Source: Octopus sinensis (Eukaryota). Taken from it: a DNA stretch of 64,000 bases. Within the stretch, counting starts at the first letter, position 1. Every line of letters begins with the position of its first letter. Shown one piece after another: positions 37,301 to 52,063 of the stretch. Both the position numbers and the translations under genes were made by a program. The DNA lies in assembly GCF_006345805.1 (NCBI RefSeq), contig NC_042999.1:167400001-167464000 (forward strand), written 5' to 3'. The notes below the pieces were generated by a model, which had not been told where the DNA came from, made no database searches, and saw only the letters and a program-made list of their open reading frames with translations.

Positions 37301-38892
37301 TTTTTTCTTTATTTTATTTTATTCTTTCTTAAATGAAAACTTAATAATAATTTAACTTTACTTGAAAAGAAAATTTCTAACACTTCACCGAATCGTTTGT
37401 CCAATACAGGAAGTGCGCCCGTCAGGAGGCTGCCAGCCTGATGGCGAAAAATTTTCAAATGGCAGAATATCTTCCCCGAATACGAACCTGGAAGGTCACT
37501 TAAACGGGATTTGTCCCAAATTAAGACCCCAAAGTTCACCACCACAACGACCAGAAAATCAAAAAAGTAAAAGAACTAAATGGAACCGGGAAAAATATAA
37601 AGAAGTAATATATGTTTAATACTTTGCATTAAGTAGGCCAACCCAAGAGAAACACACTGCAAACCCCTACAGAATTTGGAGGAGCCGGAATCCAGCTAGC
37701 AGACCAAACCTAGATGAAAACAGATTAGCAAATGTTAGAAGAGATATCTTCAGAAATACCAGACTCACAGAGGCAGAATTAACCTCTATTAAAAAAGTGG
37801 TAGAGAATGACCTAAATGTAAGTCAGGAAAGAAATAACAAAGCTGAGGAGAGGAATGTTGGACCACAAGCATGGACTGAAAGGCGACAATCTGCCGACAC
37901 CACTCCAAGAGCCTGAAGAAGGAGGAAAATATAATGACCCTAGAAAAAACAGCCAGGAAAATGATGTCGAAACAGAATTTGAAGACCACATATTTGCTGT
38001 ACAACACAGAAAACCTATCATTGAAATGAAGCAGGAAGTTCTGAATGAGCTTGCAGTTGTAGGGCATACAAATATGAATGATAGGGAACCACTCCATAAA
38101 CTCTCAAATGCACACCAACATAAAACACAAATAAAAATTGGCAACTGCGTTACACAAGAAATCATACAACTAAAACCCGATCTAAATAAGTTAATTGAAA
38201 TTATTTACTCTGTTGCTAAGGTAATCGAAAGACGCTGTTTAACGCCCCAAAAGCCAACAATACCAAATTCGAAATGAAAATCAAACTGGAGGAGTAGAAT
38301 TGAAACTGAAATTGAATCATTGCGAAGGGAGATATCAATATTAACTGAGCTAATCTCTGGAAATTGTATAAGATCAAGAAAAGGCAGGAAGATTGTGAGA
38401 AAATATGGACTCTCAACAAGAGCAGAACTAATGTCAGCGAAAGAAACACTTAAACGAAAAGTTCAGGCAAAAGCTCAGAAAATACGCAGATTTGAGAAAA
38501 GAATCAAATTCTACAAACAAAATAAGATGTTCAAATCCGATACCAAATCATTTTACAGGGAAATAGGCAAAAAAAAAAAAATAACCATTGAAAATCCACC
38601 CCTAATGGAAGAAGTTGAAAACTTTTGGAAAGAGATCTGGAGTGATGAGAAACCATACAATGAAAATGCAGAGTGGATCAAACGCATCCAAGATGCCTAC
38701 AAAAATCTACAAGAACAGGTATTGGAGGACATCTCAATCGCAGACCTAAGGAGGACACTAACGAAGGCTCATAAGTGGAAATCCCCTGGTATTGACAGAG
38801 TGTCAAATTTCTGGCTCTCATCACTATCGTCGCACACAAAATAGTAGTAATACTAATTAATGACATTATGAAAGACCCGGAAAAAACTCTCC
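37301..38892 (+). mobile_element. 5' half of an R4/Dong-like element (same family as 7121-10410)
   Basis: RTKWNREKYKEVIY..YRIWRSRNP..RLANVRRDI N-terminus; about 37923-38892 is nearly identical to 7121-8090; breaks off at a (TA)n tract. Confidence 0.9.
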
Positions 38893-38923
<31 letters not shown>

Positions 38924-38927
38924 ATAT

Positions 38928-38962
<35 letters not shown>

Positions 38963-38999
38963 ATATATGTGTGTGTGTGTCTTTGTGTGTGCGTGTATG

Positions 39000-39032
<33 letters not shown>

Positions 39033-39157
39033 TTGTGCGCGCGTGTGTTTATATATGTAATTTCATCTTCTTATAAGTTGCAAAGACCCCTTCATGGGGA
39101 CTTAACACCCGCAATTTTGTCATTTTATGTATGTATGTATGTATATATGTTTGTATA

Positions 39158-40435
39158 CACTCACTTCTCTTTTTGTACGGGGGATACGTTCCAGAGACTA
39201 TCGTGCAAAATAAAAACCTTTAAAAAATATACTGTGTATATATGAAAATTAGAGACAGGTACCATTCAAATATCTATATATAAAACTGAGAATGTGTGTC
39301 TGTCTGTCTGTCTGTCTGTGTGAATCCTAAAAACTGAGAGCTACATAACCAATTTCATTCAAATTTTATACATGCCTTACTTAGGGTCCGGGGAGTGTCA
39401 TGGGCAAAAACAATTTTAAATTTTTGCCTAGGGCGAGCCCACAGCAATATCATACCTTCTCCAATATGAATCCCTAAAACTTGAGAACTACACAACAAAT
39501 TACATTCAAATTTTACACATGCCTTACTTAGGGTCCATGTCATGGGCAAAAAAAATTTCTAACTTCTTGCCTAGGGCGAGCCCACAGCCATATCATATCT
39601 TCTCCACTATTTCAGTATTATGTGTGAAAAGTGAAACAAAAACATCTCTCTATTGTAATGTCAGATACTTCCACTTTAATACTGAAACTATTAAAGTCAA
39701 ACTATTATATAAGAGGGATGAACCATTAACAGTGGACATCCATTTTGCAAGAAGAAGATCCATTATGGTCTTATATGCTACAACACTGGTTTTCAATTCA
39801 TATCAATCAAATTAATATTCAATTTCTCACCCTTATTATCTTAAATTTAAATTTAAACCCAGAACCATGTGTTTTGGAACGAAGTTTGTTACCACACAGC
39901 CACACCTGCACCTATGTATGTGTGTGTATGTGTGTATAGCTGTATATGTATCCATGTATATGGGTATATATATATATGTACATGTAATATGTACACATAT
40001 ATATTCACATATAATACACCCATACACCCATACACATATACATAGGTGCAGGTGTAACTGTGTGGTAACAAACCTCGTTCCAAAACACATGGTCCTCAGT
40101 TCAGTCCCACTGTGTGGTAACTTGGCATGTGTCTTCTGCTATAGCCCCAGACCAACCAAAGCCTTGTCAGTGGATTTTGTAGACAGAAACTGAAAGAAAT
40201 CAATTGTATGTATATGTATGTATATATGTAAGTCTATACGTGTGTTTTTGTGTTTCTCCCTCATCACTGCTTCACAACTGGTGTTCGTTTCTTTACATCC
40301 CTATAACTTACTGGTTTCACAAGAAGAAACTGATAGAATAAGTACCAGGCTTATCAAAATAAAAAAAACCCACTAGGCAGTATCTCATATTATGGTTTGC
40401 CTACAAAATTTATCTTTGTGTGTGTGTGTGTGTAC

Positions 40436-40467
<32 letters not shown>

Positions 40468-40795
40468 ATGGATTTCGTAGACAGAAACTTAAAGAAACCA
40501 ATCGCATATATATGTATGTATATATTTAAGTGTATGTGTGTGACTTTGTTTCTGTGTTTCACCGTCACTACTGCTTCACAACTGCGGTTCGTTTATTTAC
40601 ATCATCATAACTTACTGGTTTCACAAGAAGAAACTAATAGAATAAGTACCAGGCTTGTCAACATAAAAAAAGCACTACGCTGTGTCTCATATTTTTATTT
40701 GCCCACTCAGTTGTATCTATCAATTTATCTTTGTATATATATATATATAATACACACACGCACACACACACACATACACACACACACACACACAC

Positions 40796-40883
<88 letters not shown>

Positions 40884-43030
40884 CATGTATGTATATGTGC
40901 ACATTCATATTCATTATATCAAAGACAATGTCTTTATGTGTTCGTATATTACTTATGCATTCGAAAACTGCTGCACCGATCATAATGAAATTTGGAACAC
41001 AAAATCGAAGCCTAGGAAGAAGGGTAATGCTGTGTGTTTCATACAATTTCATGGACCAAAATTACTGAATGGATCCTTATGATATTTGAAACTTAGATTC
41101 AATGCATAAAAGTGGGTATAATGCAATATGTTTGGTCTGAATTTCAGATGGCTTAAAGGGGGAAGAATCTCCCATGAAAATTTATAAATTTTCGATGTTG
41201 ATGAAATTTCAACCATGGGTAATTGACACACATCAAGAAGTATTCTCAAAGTTTCCACTTCAGATGAGGATTCTAAGACACCCTAATGGGGGCCTTAACT
41301 CCCAGACTTTAGTCATTTTTTTAATGATCCGAAACTAATGGATCTTTACGAAATTTGGAAATTATATTCTGTGCATAAGGGCCATAACCCCCATGATAAT
41401 TCATATATTTTTGCTGTTGATGAAATTTTAACCATAGATATTAGATACAAATTAAGTAATATTTATAAAATTTCATCTTATAAGTTGCAAAGACCCCTTC
41501 ATGGGGACTTAACACCCACAATCTTGTCATTTTATCTAAGCAAAGACGAATAGTTGTACTCTTGGAAGCTGTGGGGTCATCCAAGGATAGAAGATGAGCA
41601 TTATTTGTAATTCAATGGTACAACAGTGTAAGAGTTTGCTTTGACATACACTTACATTGTGATTTCTGCAATTTGGTTCATAAATTGTCAAGTAAATGAG
41701 AGGCATCTTTGCCTCCACTGATACAGTTGCAAAGTGTTGAGTAAAGTTATTTGATTGCAGTTCTCCTTTTAGTCTTTTTATTATCACTGGGTCACACATA
41801 GTCCCCACATGGTAACATTGATTTCAAGGCTTTCCCAGATGAGTGACTGGTTATTCAAAGACATTTATAGATTGTATATTTATTCTGTCCAGTTACGTAT
41901 CAGTATAGTGGTCATTTGCAAACTCCAGAGGTGACACTTTAATTTCTCCTTAGCCCTCATGTCACACAGTTGTTAATGTTTATTTCAGTTGGGTCACGCC
42001 CTTCCAATTGCTATAGATTCGTAATGCATCTTACGGCTGTGCCTGTCACCTGCATGGTGAGGAATACTATATTGGGAGTGGTAACGACTAGGGTACTGTA
42101 GCTGACTGCTTATTATGATCATTCGACTTTTGGTTTCCTGTAGCTTTGCTCTCTTTCACAAACCCTTGGAAACATATTTCCTATTTCAAAGAAATTCAAA
42201 CAATAGATATAAGACCCATGTTAAAAAGATTCTCAACTATTCAACATCTCTGGTTGACATTAACATACCTACCCCCAATAGAGGCGTTAACTCTCACATT
42301 TTAGAGCTCCATGACCTCCATTTTTCAGGAGCAAAATCTTTTTAACAGGTTCAATAAGACTGGAATTTTGGAATATGCGCATAAAAATCAGTAGTATGGG
42401 ATACATGTGGCACGATTACAATTTTTTAGGGCGTGTAAAGAGGGAAATAACCCTCACCTGCAATTTTGATGAAATTCGAAACATAGGTATTCTAGCTCAT
42501 TATAGAAAATATAACAGAAAAGTCCAATTCTTCAACTGTATGTAAGTCGGGCAACGCAGGGTAACTCTGCTAGTATTTAATAAAAATATGTTAATTCTCA
42601 TGTATAAATACCTTGAATTTTTTTATACATATAACAAGCATTCTGTCAATTAGTGTCACTACTAGACAGTAAATGTGCCCGCTTTCTGTCGTTTTTCGGT
42701 GGCGCAAGATCACTCTCGTCACTGGAAATATTTAATGGCGATATATCTTCATGAGTATCTTGAATAAAATTAATGTCTTATGTTTCTCTTTCACTGGTTT
42801 TAAATACGGTTATCAGATGCTGTGATTTTGTTTTTGTTAGTTCTTTATATGATTCTTCATAACGTGCCATAATCATTTTCAAATCACGTTGGAATATCGC
42901 AGATCGTTCAACTTTGTTACCCTTTGTAATAAAATGATTTCCAAGTTTACTGGCTGTTTGGAGGCCTTCTAGAATTGTACTTGCAGATAGTAGAACCACT
43001 TCTTCATCACTACTATAAACTAACGTGGAG
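39158..43030 (-). mobile_element. Tigger/pogo remnant split by an insertion (TIR 39158-39272; transposase C-terminus 42778-43030)
   Basis: TA|cactc...gtacgggggatacgttccagagac Tigger-like end; ERSAIFQRDLKMIMARYEESYKELTKTKSQHLITVFK resembles Tigger C-termini. Confidence 0.55.
39273..42573 (+). mobile_element. Composite non-autonomous Helitron with nested SINEs
   Basis: A|TCTATATATAAAAC at 39273; hairpin-like gtcgggcaacgcagggt followed by CTAG|T at 42570-42574; internal duplication at about 39320-39610. Confidence 0.55.
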
Positions 43031-43696
43031 TTATATATATACATATTTTATATACATATATATATATTCAAATATATACATATACATATATATATATATA
43101 TACATATATATACTTATATATACATGCATACATGTATATATATATATACATATATATACATATATATCTATACATACACGCATATACATATGTATAATAT
43201 ATATATACACATACATATATATATTATATATATATATCTATATATATATATATATATACATATATATTATATATATATATATATCTATATATATATATAT
43301 AATATAATATATATTATATATACATACATATATATAATATATATATATATACATATATTATATATATATATATTATATATATATATATATAATATATACA
43401 TATATATATATATATATTATACATACATATACATATACATATATATATTATATATATATATATATATACATATATATAATATATATATATTATATATATA
43501 TATACATATATATATATTATTATATTATATATATATATATTATATATATATATATATATATACTAGATGTGGTAGTTCAGTAAAAAATTTAGATTCAGAT
43601 GAATATGGTACTTAGTTTGAGGCACCAGAATTTAGTATGGTATTATTCATACAATTTAAAATAATCAAAATAAGCAACAAGGATATCCAGAGGTAA

Positions 43697-43783
43697 TGCA
43701 GTACGATCGTTTCATGCGACTCCATTTAATTGAACAATGCAAACATTACATCAATTTAAAATGTAGAGCAATCTTCAGCTGCA
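43697..43783 (-). ncRNA. Type I hammerhead ribozyme motif with intact core (duplicate at 44721-44807)
   Basis: TGCAG-CTGAAGA-extended stem II-GAAA-CGATCG-TA-CTGCA. Confidence 0.75.
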
Positions 43784-44078
43784 GAAAAAATATAGAATTT
43801 AATTAAATTTCAAGGACACATTAGTATAATTTTATCCAAAATCTCCAAGAAGATAAGAAGATAGACAAAGAAAATGTTTTACCAACATGGGCATTGCTCT
43901 CTACGTTAGAGCAGCCTATTTTTTAAGAAAAGTCACAGCTCTAGTATGGCCTCAGTCAAATGACTGAAACGAGTAAAGAGTAAAAGAATAAAAGACTACA
44001 TATATATATATATAGTCGCCATGATAGATCGTTAGCCACTACACACATTTTTTCTCTCCTTGTTTTTTTTCTGTGTCC

Positions 44079-44114
44079 CTTTCTGTAGAAGAGCGTATGC
44101 TCGAAACGTAAAAG
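44079..44114 (+). ncRNA. Degenerate minimal hammerhead-like motif (duplicate at 45102-45137)
   Basis: cttt-CTGTAGA-a-GAGC(gtat)GCTC-GAAA-cg-TA-aaag; related to 59325-59359. Confidence 0.55.
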
Positions 44115-44160
44115 ACTTTTTCTATTCCTGAGCGCTATACTAATACATATGTCTGTTTTG

Positions 44161-44198
<38 letters not shown>

Positions 44199-44201
44199 AC
44201 A

Positions 44202-44235
<34 letters not shown>

Positions 44236-44394
44236 CATACATACATATACATACATATATACATATATATATATACACACATACATATATAACACATATA
44301 TACACACACATACATATATTTATACATATATATACATACATATACGTACATACATATACATATATATATATATATAATATATATATATACATAC

Positions 44395-44425
<31 letters not shown>

Positions 44426-44467
44426 ATACATACATATATATATATATATACATACATATACATATAC

Positions 44468-44587
<120 letters not shown>

Positions 44588-45183
44588 TAGATGTGGTAGT
44601 TCAGTAAAAAATTTAGATTCAGATGAATATGGTACTTAGTTTGAGGCACCAGAATTTAGTATGGTATTATTCATACAATTTAAAATAATCAAAATAAGCA
44701 ACAAGGATATCCAGAGGTAATGCAGTACGATCGTTTCATGCGACTCCATTTAATTGAACAATGCAAACATTACATCAATTTAAAATGTAGAGCAATCTTC
44801 AGCTGCAGAAAAAATATAGAATTTAATTAAATTTCAAGGACACATTAGTATAATTTTATCCAAAATCTCCAAGAAGATAAGAAGATAGACAAAGAAAATG
44901 TTTTACCAACATGGGCATTGCTCTCTACGTTAGAGCAGCCTATTTTTTAAGAAAAGTCACAGCTCTAGTATGGCCTCAGTCAAATGACTGAAACGAGTAA
45001 AAGAGTAAAAGAATAAAAGACTACATATATATATATATAGTCGCCATGATAGATCGTTAGCCACTACACACATTTTTTCTCTCCTTGTTTTTTCTGTGTC
45101 CCTTTCTGTAGAAGAGCGTATGCTCGAAACGTAAAAGACTTTTTCTATTCCTGAGCGCTATACTAATACATATGTCTGTTTTG

Positions 45184-45221
<38 letters not shown>

Positions 45222-45224
45222 ACA

Positions 45225-45256
<32 letters not shown>

Positions 45257-46688
45257 CATACATACATATATACATACATATATACATATATATATATACA
45301 CACATACATATATATACACATATATACACACACATACATATATTTATACATATATATACATACATATACGTACATACATATACATATATATATATATGTA
45401 TATAAAGAGAGAGAGAGACTTGCTGTTAATTTAACGGAAACGATATGTACAGATTAATGTAAAAATATATTATGTAACTGATTTTAAAATGTTTGTAGTT
45501 CAGGCATTAGAGGAGAAATAGTGTCCATAACATTTGGAAACTCTTCTGGGCGATGGAATTATTGGGTTCAAAACTGACAGTCTGATCGCTAAGGTCATCC
45601 AAGGAACAGGCGGTGGCCACCCAAGAATCTGTATTAACCTTGGGGTACATTTAACCTGACTCGAAAAGAGAAAAATTGCTCATACATTCAAGCCAATGAA
45701 GACCGCTGCTCATGTGTCGGCGACTTTCCAATTCATTTTCATGCAAATATCTCACAAATACATGCTCGAAATATAACCTAGTGATAAAAAAAATTTCCTT
45801 TAGCAACAAATTGACTGAAAACTGATAACCAGATTAGACACCATTATGAGGAAATGCTATTCTTTTGATATGTATAACTTTTGTTAGTAAATCTAATGTT
45901 AATATATATGAAATAGTCTGCCGAGGTCGACTTTGCTTTTCCTCATTTCGGGGTCGATAAATTAAGTACCGGTTGCGTCGATTTAATCGACTGGCCCCCT
46001 CCCCAAAAATTTCGAGCTTTGTGCCTAGAATAAAAAGAATATATTTGAAATAGGAAGCATAAATGAATCAAATTATAAATACCTATGCAGCACGGAAAAG
46101 GTGTTAGCTCAATGACTAAAAACATGTATCGAGCTGTATTTCTTGATTGTGCCAATAATTAATATATTAGTCATTGAATTATCATTTTCTCATCACATAC
46201 ATATTTGTGATTTCAAGTTTAATGCTCCAGTATATTAAATATTCTAAACATACAGCTTATGTTAAATATGTAGTGTTTTTTTTTTTTAGAATTTCAATCG
46301 GATGGTGCTTCTGAAGGCTGCATTATGACCCCTTACAGGTAAGTGGGGAAGGTTGAAAGTTATACTCAAACCGGAGAGCTGGTTTGAATGATACATATGA
46401 ATGTTTGCTTTTGCTTAGTGTTACTAGTGTAGTATATTAGTGTGTGATGCATTGCTGTGTGCTTTGCATCTAATGATTGAACTAATTTCCTAGTATGTTT
46501 TATTTCGTGTTAGGGTGTAACACATTAACAATGAGTACACACATGCACACGCACACACGTGTACATATTTATTTGTACGTAAGTATCTATTTAGAAATTA
46601 TTTCAACTATAAGCTTTTGGTGACAATTTATTGCATGCCCAGATTATTTACTCGCAGCACGTACTTGATACACACACACACACACACA

Positions 46689-46765
<77 letters not shown>

Positions 46766-48801
46766 TTACACTATTTCTTGCTCTCTTGATGTTTCACAGC
46801 CAAATAGTCATCTTTCTATTTGTTGATTTTTCTCAACACTTCACCCACTCTTTTATTAACAATCTGAAAGCAAAAAGATTACTGCGATCATTGGCAGCTT
46901 GAGCGCTACCATTTTCATTAATCACGTCAATACTCTTTTTTTATCTCAAAAATACTTGGCTGGGAGGTGACAGAAAAATCTGTTAATTTTCTGTGGTTAG
47001 TTCAACCTTACTCAAGTAATTTGTCAAAACTCTTGGCATGACATTTTTAGTAAATCTATCTCCCTAACTCATCTCACTACACCGAGAAAGATGTGCTAGT
47101 GTTCTAAAGTAAATTACTCTAAACTACAAGTTCTACGTTTACTTCAGTCTTTAAACATAACCACGAATACAGCAGCTGATGTAGTTTGCATGATACTCAT
47201 TCATCCTTATTTGTTTTCAGTTTATTCAGAACTTCATTGCTCTGAATTTATAAAGAACGTCTTTGCTTGTTGATTTTTCCCATCAAAAAGAAATTTCCTA
47301 CAGATGTTATAAGCTATGATTTTATGATGACGATTGCAATTTAATCTGATTTAAGATATTTGGCTTTGTTGGACTGCGGTATGTTAGTATTTTGGAGCTC
47401 CTTGTTAAGCTCTGAAGCAGCTTAACTGTGGTTGCCATGTTCTCTCGCCAGTTGATTGATATTAGTCTAAGACGCTGTGGAAAAATTTGGTGTAAGATGA
47501 GATACAAGAGGATGAAAATCCCGCTTGTGCAGAGACCATAAAGTTTATGTGAAATCAAGAAAGGAAGATACTGAAGATCTCTGTGACTGAGCAAAGAGCC
47601 TTGAAAAAATAACAAGAAAAGGAAGGGTTTAGAACTTAGAATTTTTAATGGGGGAGGGAGTGAATCACTTTCAAACTTTTTAACGAAAGCTTGTAGTGAT
47701 TAAATATTAATAAACTACCGAAAGTTGTCACAAATCAATTATATTTTAAAACATTGTTTATAAAGCGATATTTCATGAGCAGAGAAATAATCCATACGCT
47801 CGACTCCCGTTCTGCGGAAGAGACATGTAGAAATCCACGGAGCACATGATATGTGTAAATTTCACATGGCCAACATTGAATGCCTTTATTTACCCCGTTG
47901 AGGAAAATCAAAGCTATCGGTTAACTGATTACTAGTTAAAATATTGTTTTTAACTTAGATAATTTCACTTAAGTTATGGTATCAATTCCATCATGACTTA
48001 TCACTTTACTTTTCCATGTACCAGTGTGCACATTTAGTATTGTCAATAGTTCAAGTGACAGTGAACAAACTTTTAGCAAGCAGAGTATTTCACGAGAATG
48101 CTGCTTTTTTTTTTCTTTTCACAAGTGATTGCACCTACACATGTTGTCCACATGGTACCAAATCACACCAATATACCAGGCTTCCTCATTCTTTCTCCTT
48201 ACACAGGCACAATCTAGAATTAAAATAAAAGTTAAAAAATAACCCTGAACCAAAACAAATAGAAACGTAAATGTCAAACGTCTCTTTCAGTCGCTCGCAT
48301 AGAAAAAATATCAAAAATACTTTTTTCTCACTTTCCTTATTTTATTATTTTATTTATTTATTTATTTATTTTTGCTTTTAAATAAACCGATGATTCCACC
48401 GTCGTTACTATTATACTCCAGAGGAAGAAAAATACTACAAAATTTGTTAACTAGTTGAGGTAAGACGCAGTTTTTGGTTATGAAATCGACATGCGATTTT
48501 ATACATGAATATTTAAAGAATCCATATAAAATCGTCTAAAATTGTATAAACAAACAGACAGAAATGTCAACAAGTATACTGTTGCTGAGATCATATATCA
48601 TCACCATACAAACTCACATATGCAAACTCCCTCACTCACACACTCTCTCTCTCACACACACACACACACTTATAACGCACTCAAATATGTTTCATAGTAT
48701 ACCTATTTACGCACTCATATTCATATATACATACTCTCACATGCACTTATATATATGTATGTATGTTTATATATATGTATGTATATATATGTGTGTATGT
48801 A

Positions 48802-48852
<51 letters not shown>

Positions 48853-51800
48853 ATACACGCATGCATACATGTATAAATATATATATGCACACATACTTAC
48901 ACGCGCACATAGGCGCACACATACACTCACGCCCGCACACGCACACATACACAGAAACACACACATCGGTACATCAGTGAGATCTATTTGATAATGTGCT
49001 TCAGGAGGAAAACTTAGGCAGATTTTAATTAAATTATTCGGAACTTGATCTACACCACTGGGGTATCTTGTTCAAAATCTAGTATCACCAACACTTACCA
49101 TTTTCCGAAAGTATAAAAGCATCAAAAATCCATAAGAATCAGTTTCAGCATCCGGGTTAGGATACACTGTTTCGTGGGAGAAGCAAGTAACAACTACGCG
49201 ATACCTACAGAATTAAGCTAAAATAGAATTTTCTGATGAAATTTTCCTAAAATGATAGTCAACATATTAGGTCAGAACTAACTAGGTGATAATAATCTCA
49301 TTAAATTGAAAATGACGCTATAAAGCCAGTTACATTCTAAATACACCCCATGGAAATAACTGTAGAATTAAGATATCATATTTACTCCTTGTTAACACTT
49401 TAAGGGGTTGTTCATGTCACTAGTTTGTAAAAAGTCTCCATGCATAACTGAAGCACAGTATTAAAGCAATTTTTATCTTAATAGGCAGCACAAGGAATAT
49501 ATGGAATATATATTGTTATTCATTTCTTATTATCACAGAAAATGACAATAATAAGTATATTTTTTCATCGTCGCTATTTGCTGCATTTCCTAAGAATTTT
49601 AACTTCTGGTCTTGGAATATTTAAAAGTTTATCAGTTGCTGGATCGGTTGCTGACGAATACGAAGTGTCATGTGAGTGTAAGTCACTGTATGTTCGATTG
49701 TAAAACAATCAGTTTGTTATACATTCGAAACAAGAAATATACAAATGACACAAGAAGCCAACGTTTCAAATTTTGTAATCAACAAAGATCTGTTGATTAA
49801 ATCAATGGTTTTCTTATGAATCTTCAGGGAACAGAGATCTAAAAGCTGTAACCCTAGTGATGGAAATGATAAGTATTTCTTAGGTATATGCCATTTTAAG
49901 AGGGTGTTAAAGAAAGAAATATATCATTACTGTAGCATGATTCAATGTCTTCTTAATGCAGTTTTGATAATACTTAGAAAATAAATAGAAGCAGTAGGCT
50001 GTGTATTTGCTGATGTAATGAAATGTAGTGCTTGATCAATGTAACCATTGACGCAAATAGGGAATTTTTACCAGTAACTATTGGCTAAAAATAAACACAG
50101 TTGGAATTATGGGTGGGTCTAGAAAATTGAATCAAATGCAGAATAATATGATTGTGGATAACTGAAATTTCATGATTTCATTCTGTATTTTTAAAAAAGT
50201 GGTTGTGTTATACTATGATGAGAAAGAAATTCTAGGATTGATAACTGGTGGATCATTGAATGAAGAACGGATAATGTAATAATACGTAAAGAATTCTGTG
50301 TTCGGCGGCCCGTCGGAGAAAAGAGCCCCACGAGGTGGAGTGGCTGCTGCAGCGAGTGTCGCTGGCCATTCTTCACGGTAAAGCCATCGCGGTCATTAAT
50401 GCGGGGGACAGCTGAGCACCCACTCGGATATGTAGCCTTTCAACCCCTCCAACTTCCGCTGCTTTATCCCCCTCCCCACAAACTTTTTCTTTCCTTTTCT
50501 TTTTTTCCTTTCTCCTATCTCTTCTTTCCTGTTTCTTTGTGTGAATCTTTCAGATTTAACACTTTGAATAAACAATATATTTCCATATGGTATATCTTTT
50601 TGACAGGATCACTTTGACGATATTTTTTCAATACTTACGGCAATATAAACATTAAATGAGAATTTACTCGTAGTTCAGACTACTATATTCTGCAAAGTTT
50701 TGTCCAAATATTATTTTCATATTCGGATCTTTTCTTGTTTGGTTACCAGCTGCTCAAAAAAATTAAAGTTTACTGAAAATTTTAAAATTTGGCTCAATAA
50801 TACACTTGCAAAAACTGAATTGCTGGTGTTATTTCATTTTTTCCAGAAAAATGTTTTTAAAAAGTTATAAAGGCTTAAATTTTGATCATTTTCACCCAGT
50901 CAGGAAACAGGATTTGGAAGCTGTCATTTTGTGCGTGACTGCATATTTGGTCGTCAACATACTGAAAATAGTACGTGTTGTCAATATTTGTAAACATGTG
51001 TTATGTCACTGGTAATTTTCTTTCATGTAAATAAGTGTTTATGTTAATTTAAAAGAGAAAAATAGTTTTAAATCTCTGAGCGTTATTTGCGTTGGCAAAT
51101 AAACTTTAATTTAAAAGATTTATCGAAAAAAATCTTATTTAGCTGTTATTCTTAGCATACCTCACAACTACCTCAATGCTCAATGACAAAAAGAAACCAG
51201 TAAACAAGACTGCTATCAACACGTGCTTCGTAGACTTTTCAAAGAGTTCTCCTGTTTCAGCTTGTTACTATTGAAACAGACATGAATGTGTCTGTGGCTT
51301 CCGATTGGCTAAATTACCAAAATTTTCAAACTTTAATTACTAATAACTCTTTATTTATTGATTTACAGCGAAAATTACTTTCACGTCATTAATCAGCCTA
51401 TAAAAATGTATCATTGCACTGAATATGAAATCAATTCAAACAGAAAATCGACGCTGGCAGCCACTGGCAGTCGAACAGAAATGATCCTCATATTTCACAT
51501 GTAAATAGTTTTTGTTAGCAAATAAATCATTCCATAAACTATAAAAATCATTGAAAAGATTTAAAGCATTTGAGCTTTTATGAGCTACAAACAAAATAAT
51601 ATGAATATTTAAAAGTACACTCAACACTTGTCTTCTATTTTAAAGGCAAAAAGTTAATACTTTATCAAATCGATGGATCATATTATGATAATTGTTCAAA
51701 TTTTACCTTCTTGACGTGAAGCACTAATAATTGCTCAAATGGTTTGGAAATTGAAAATAGAGGATCGCTGGATCTTATTGCATAATCAATACCCACCTCA

Positions 51801-51932
51801 TCTATATCAGTGTTTAAACTTCAACTCGCTTAAAATAGGTATTATTGCCTTTCATCCTTTCCATGTAATAGGGACTAGTCGAGCACTATGCCCTCCCTCC
51901 AAATCTCAGGCCTTGTATCTATACCAGAAAGG

Positions 51933-51991
<59 letters not shown>

Positions 51992-52063
51992 CATTATTAT
52001 TATTATTATTGTTGTTGTTGTTATTGTCGTTGTTGTTGTTGTTGTTGTTATTATTATTATTAT

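Noticed and set aside
46446-46470. miR-33-like sequence atgcattgctgtgtgctttgca
   Set aside because: Several mismatches and no star arm forming a precursor hairpin.
50243-50270. 5.8S rRNA-like words ggtggatca..atgaagaacg
   Set aside because: Spacing is wrong and the similarity does not extend; likely chance.
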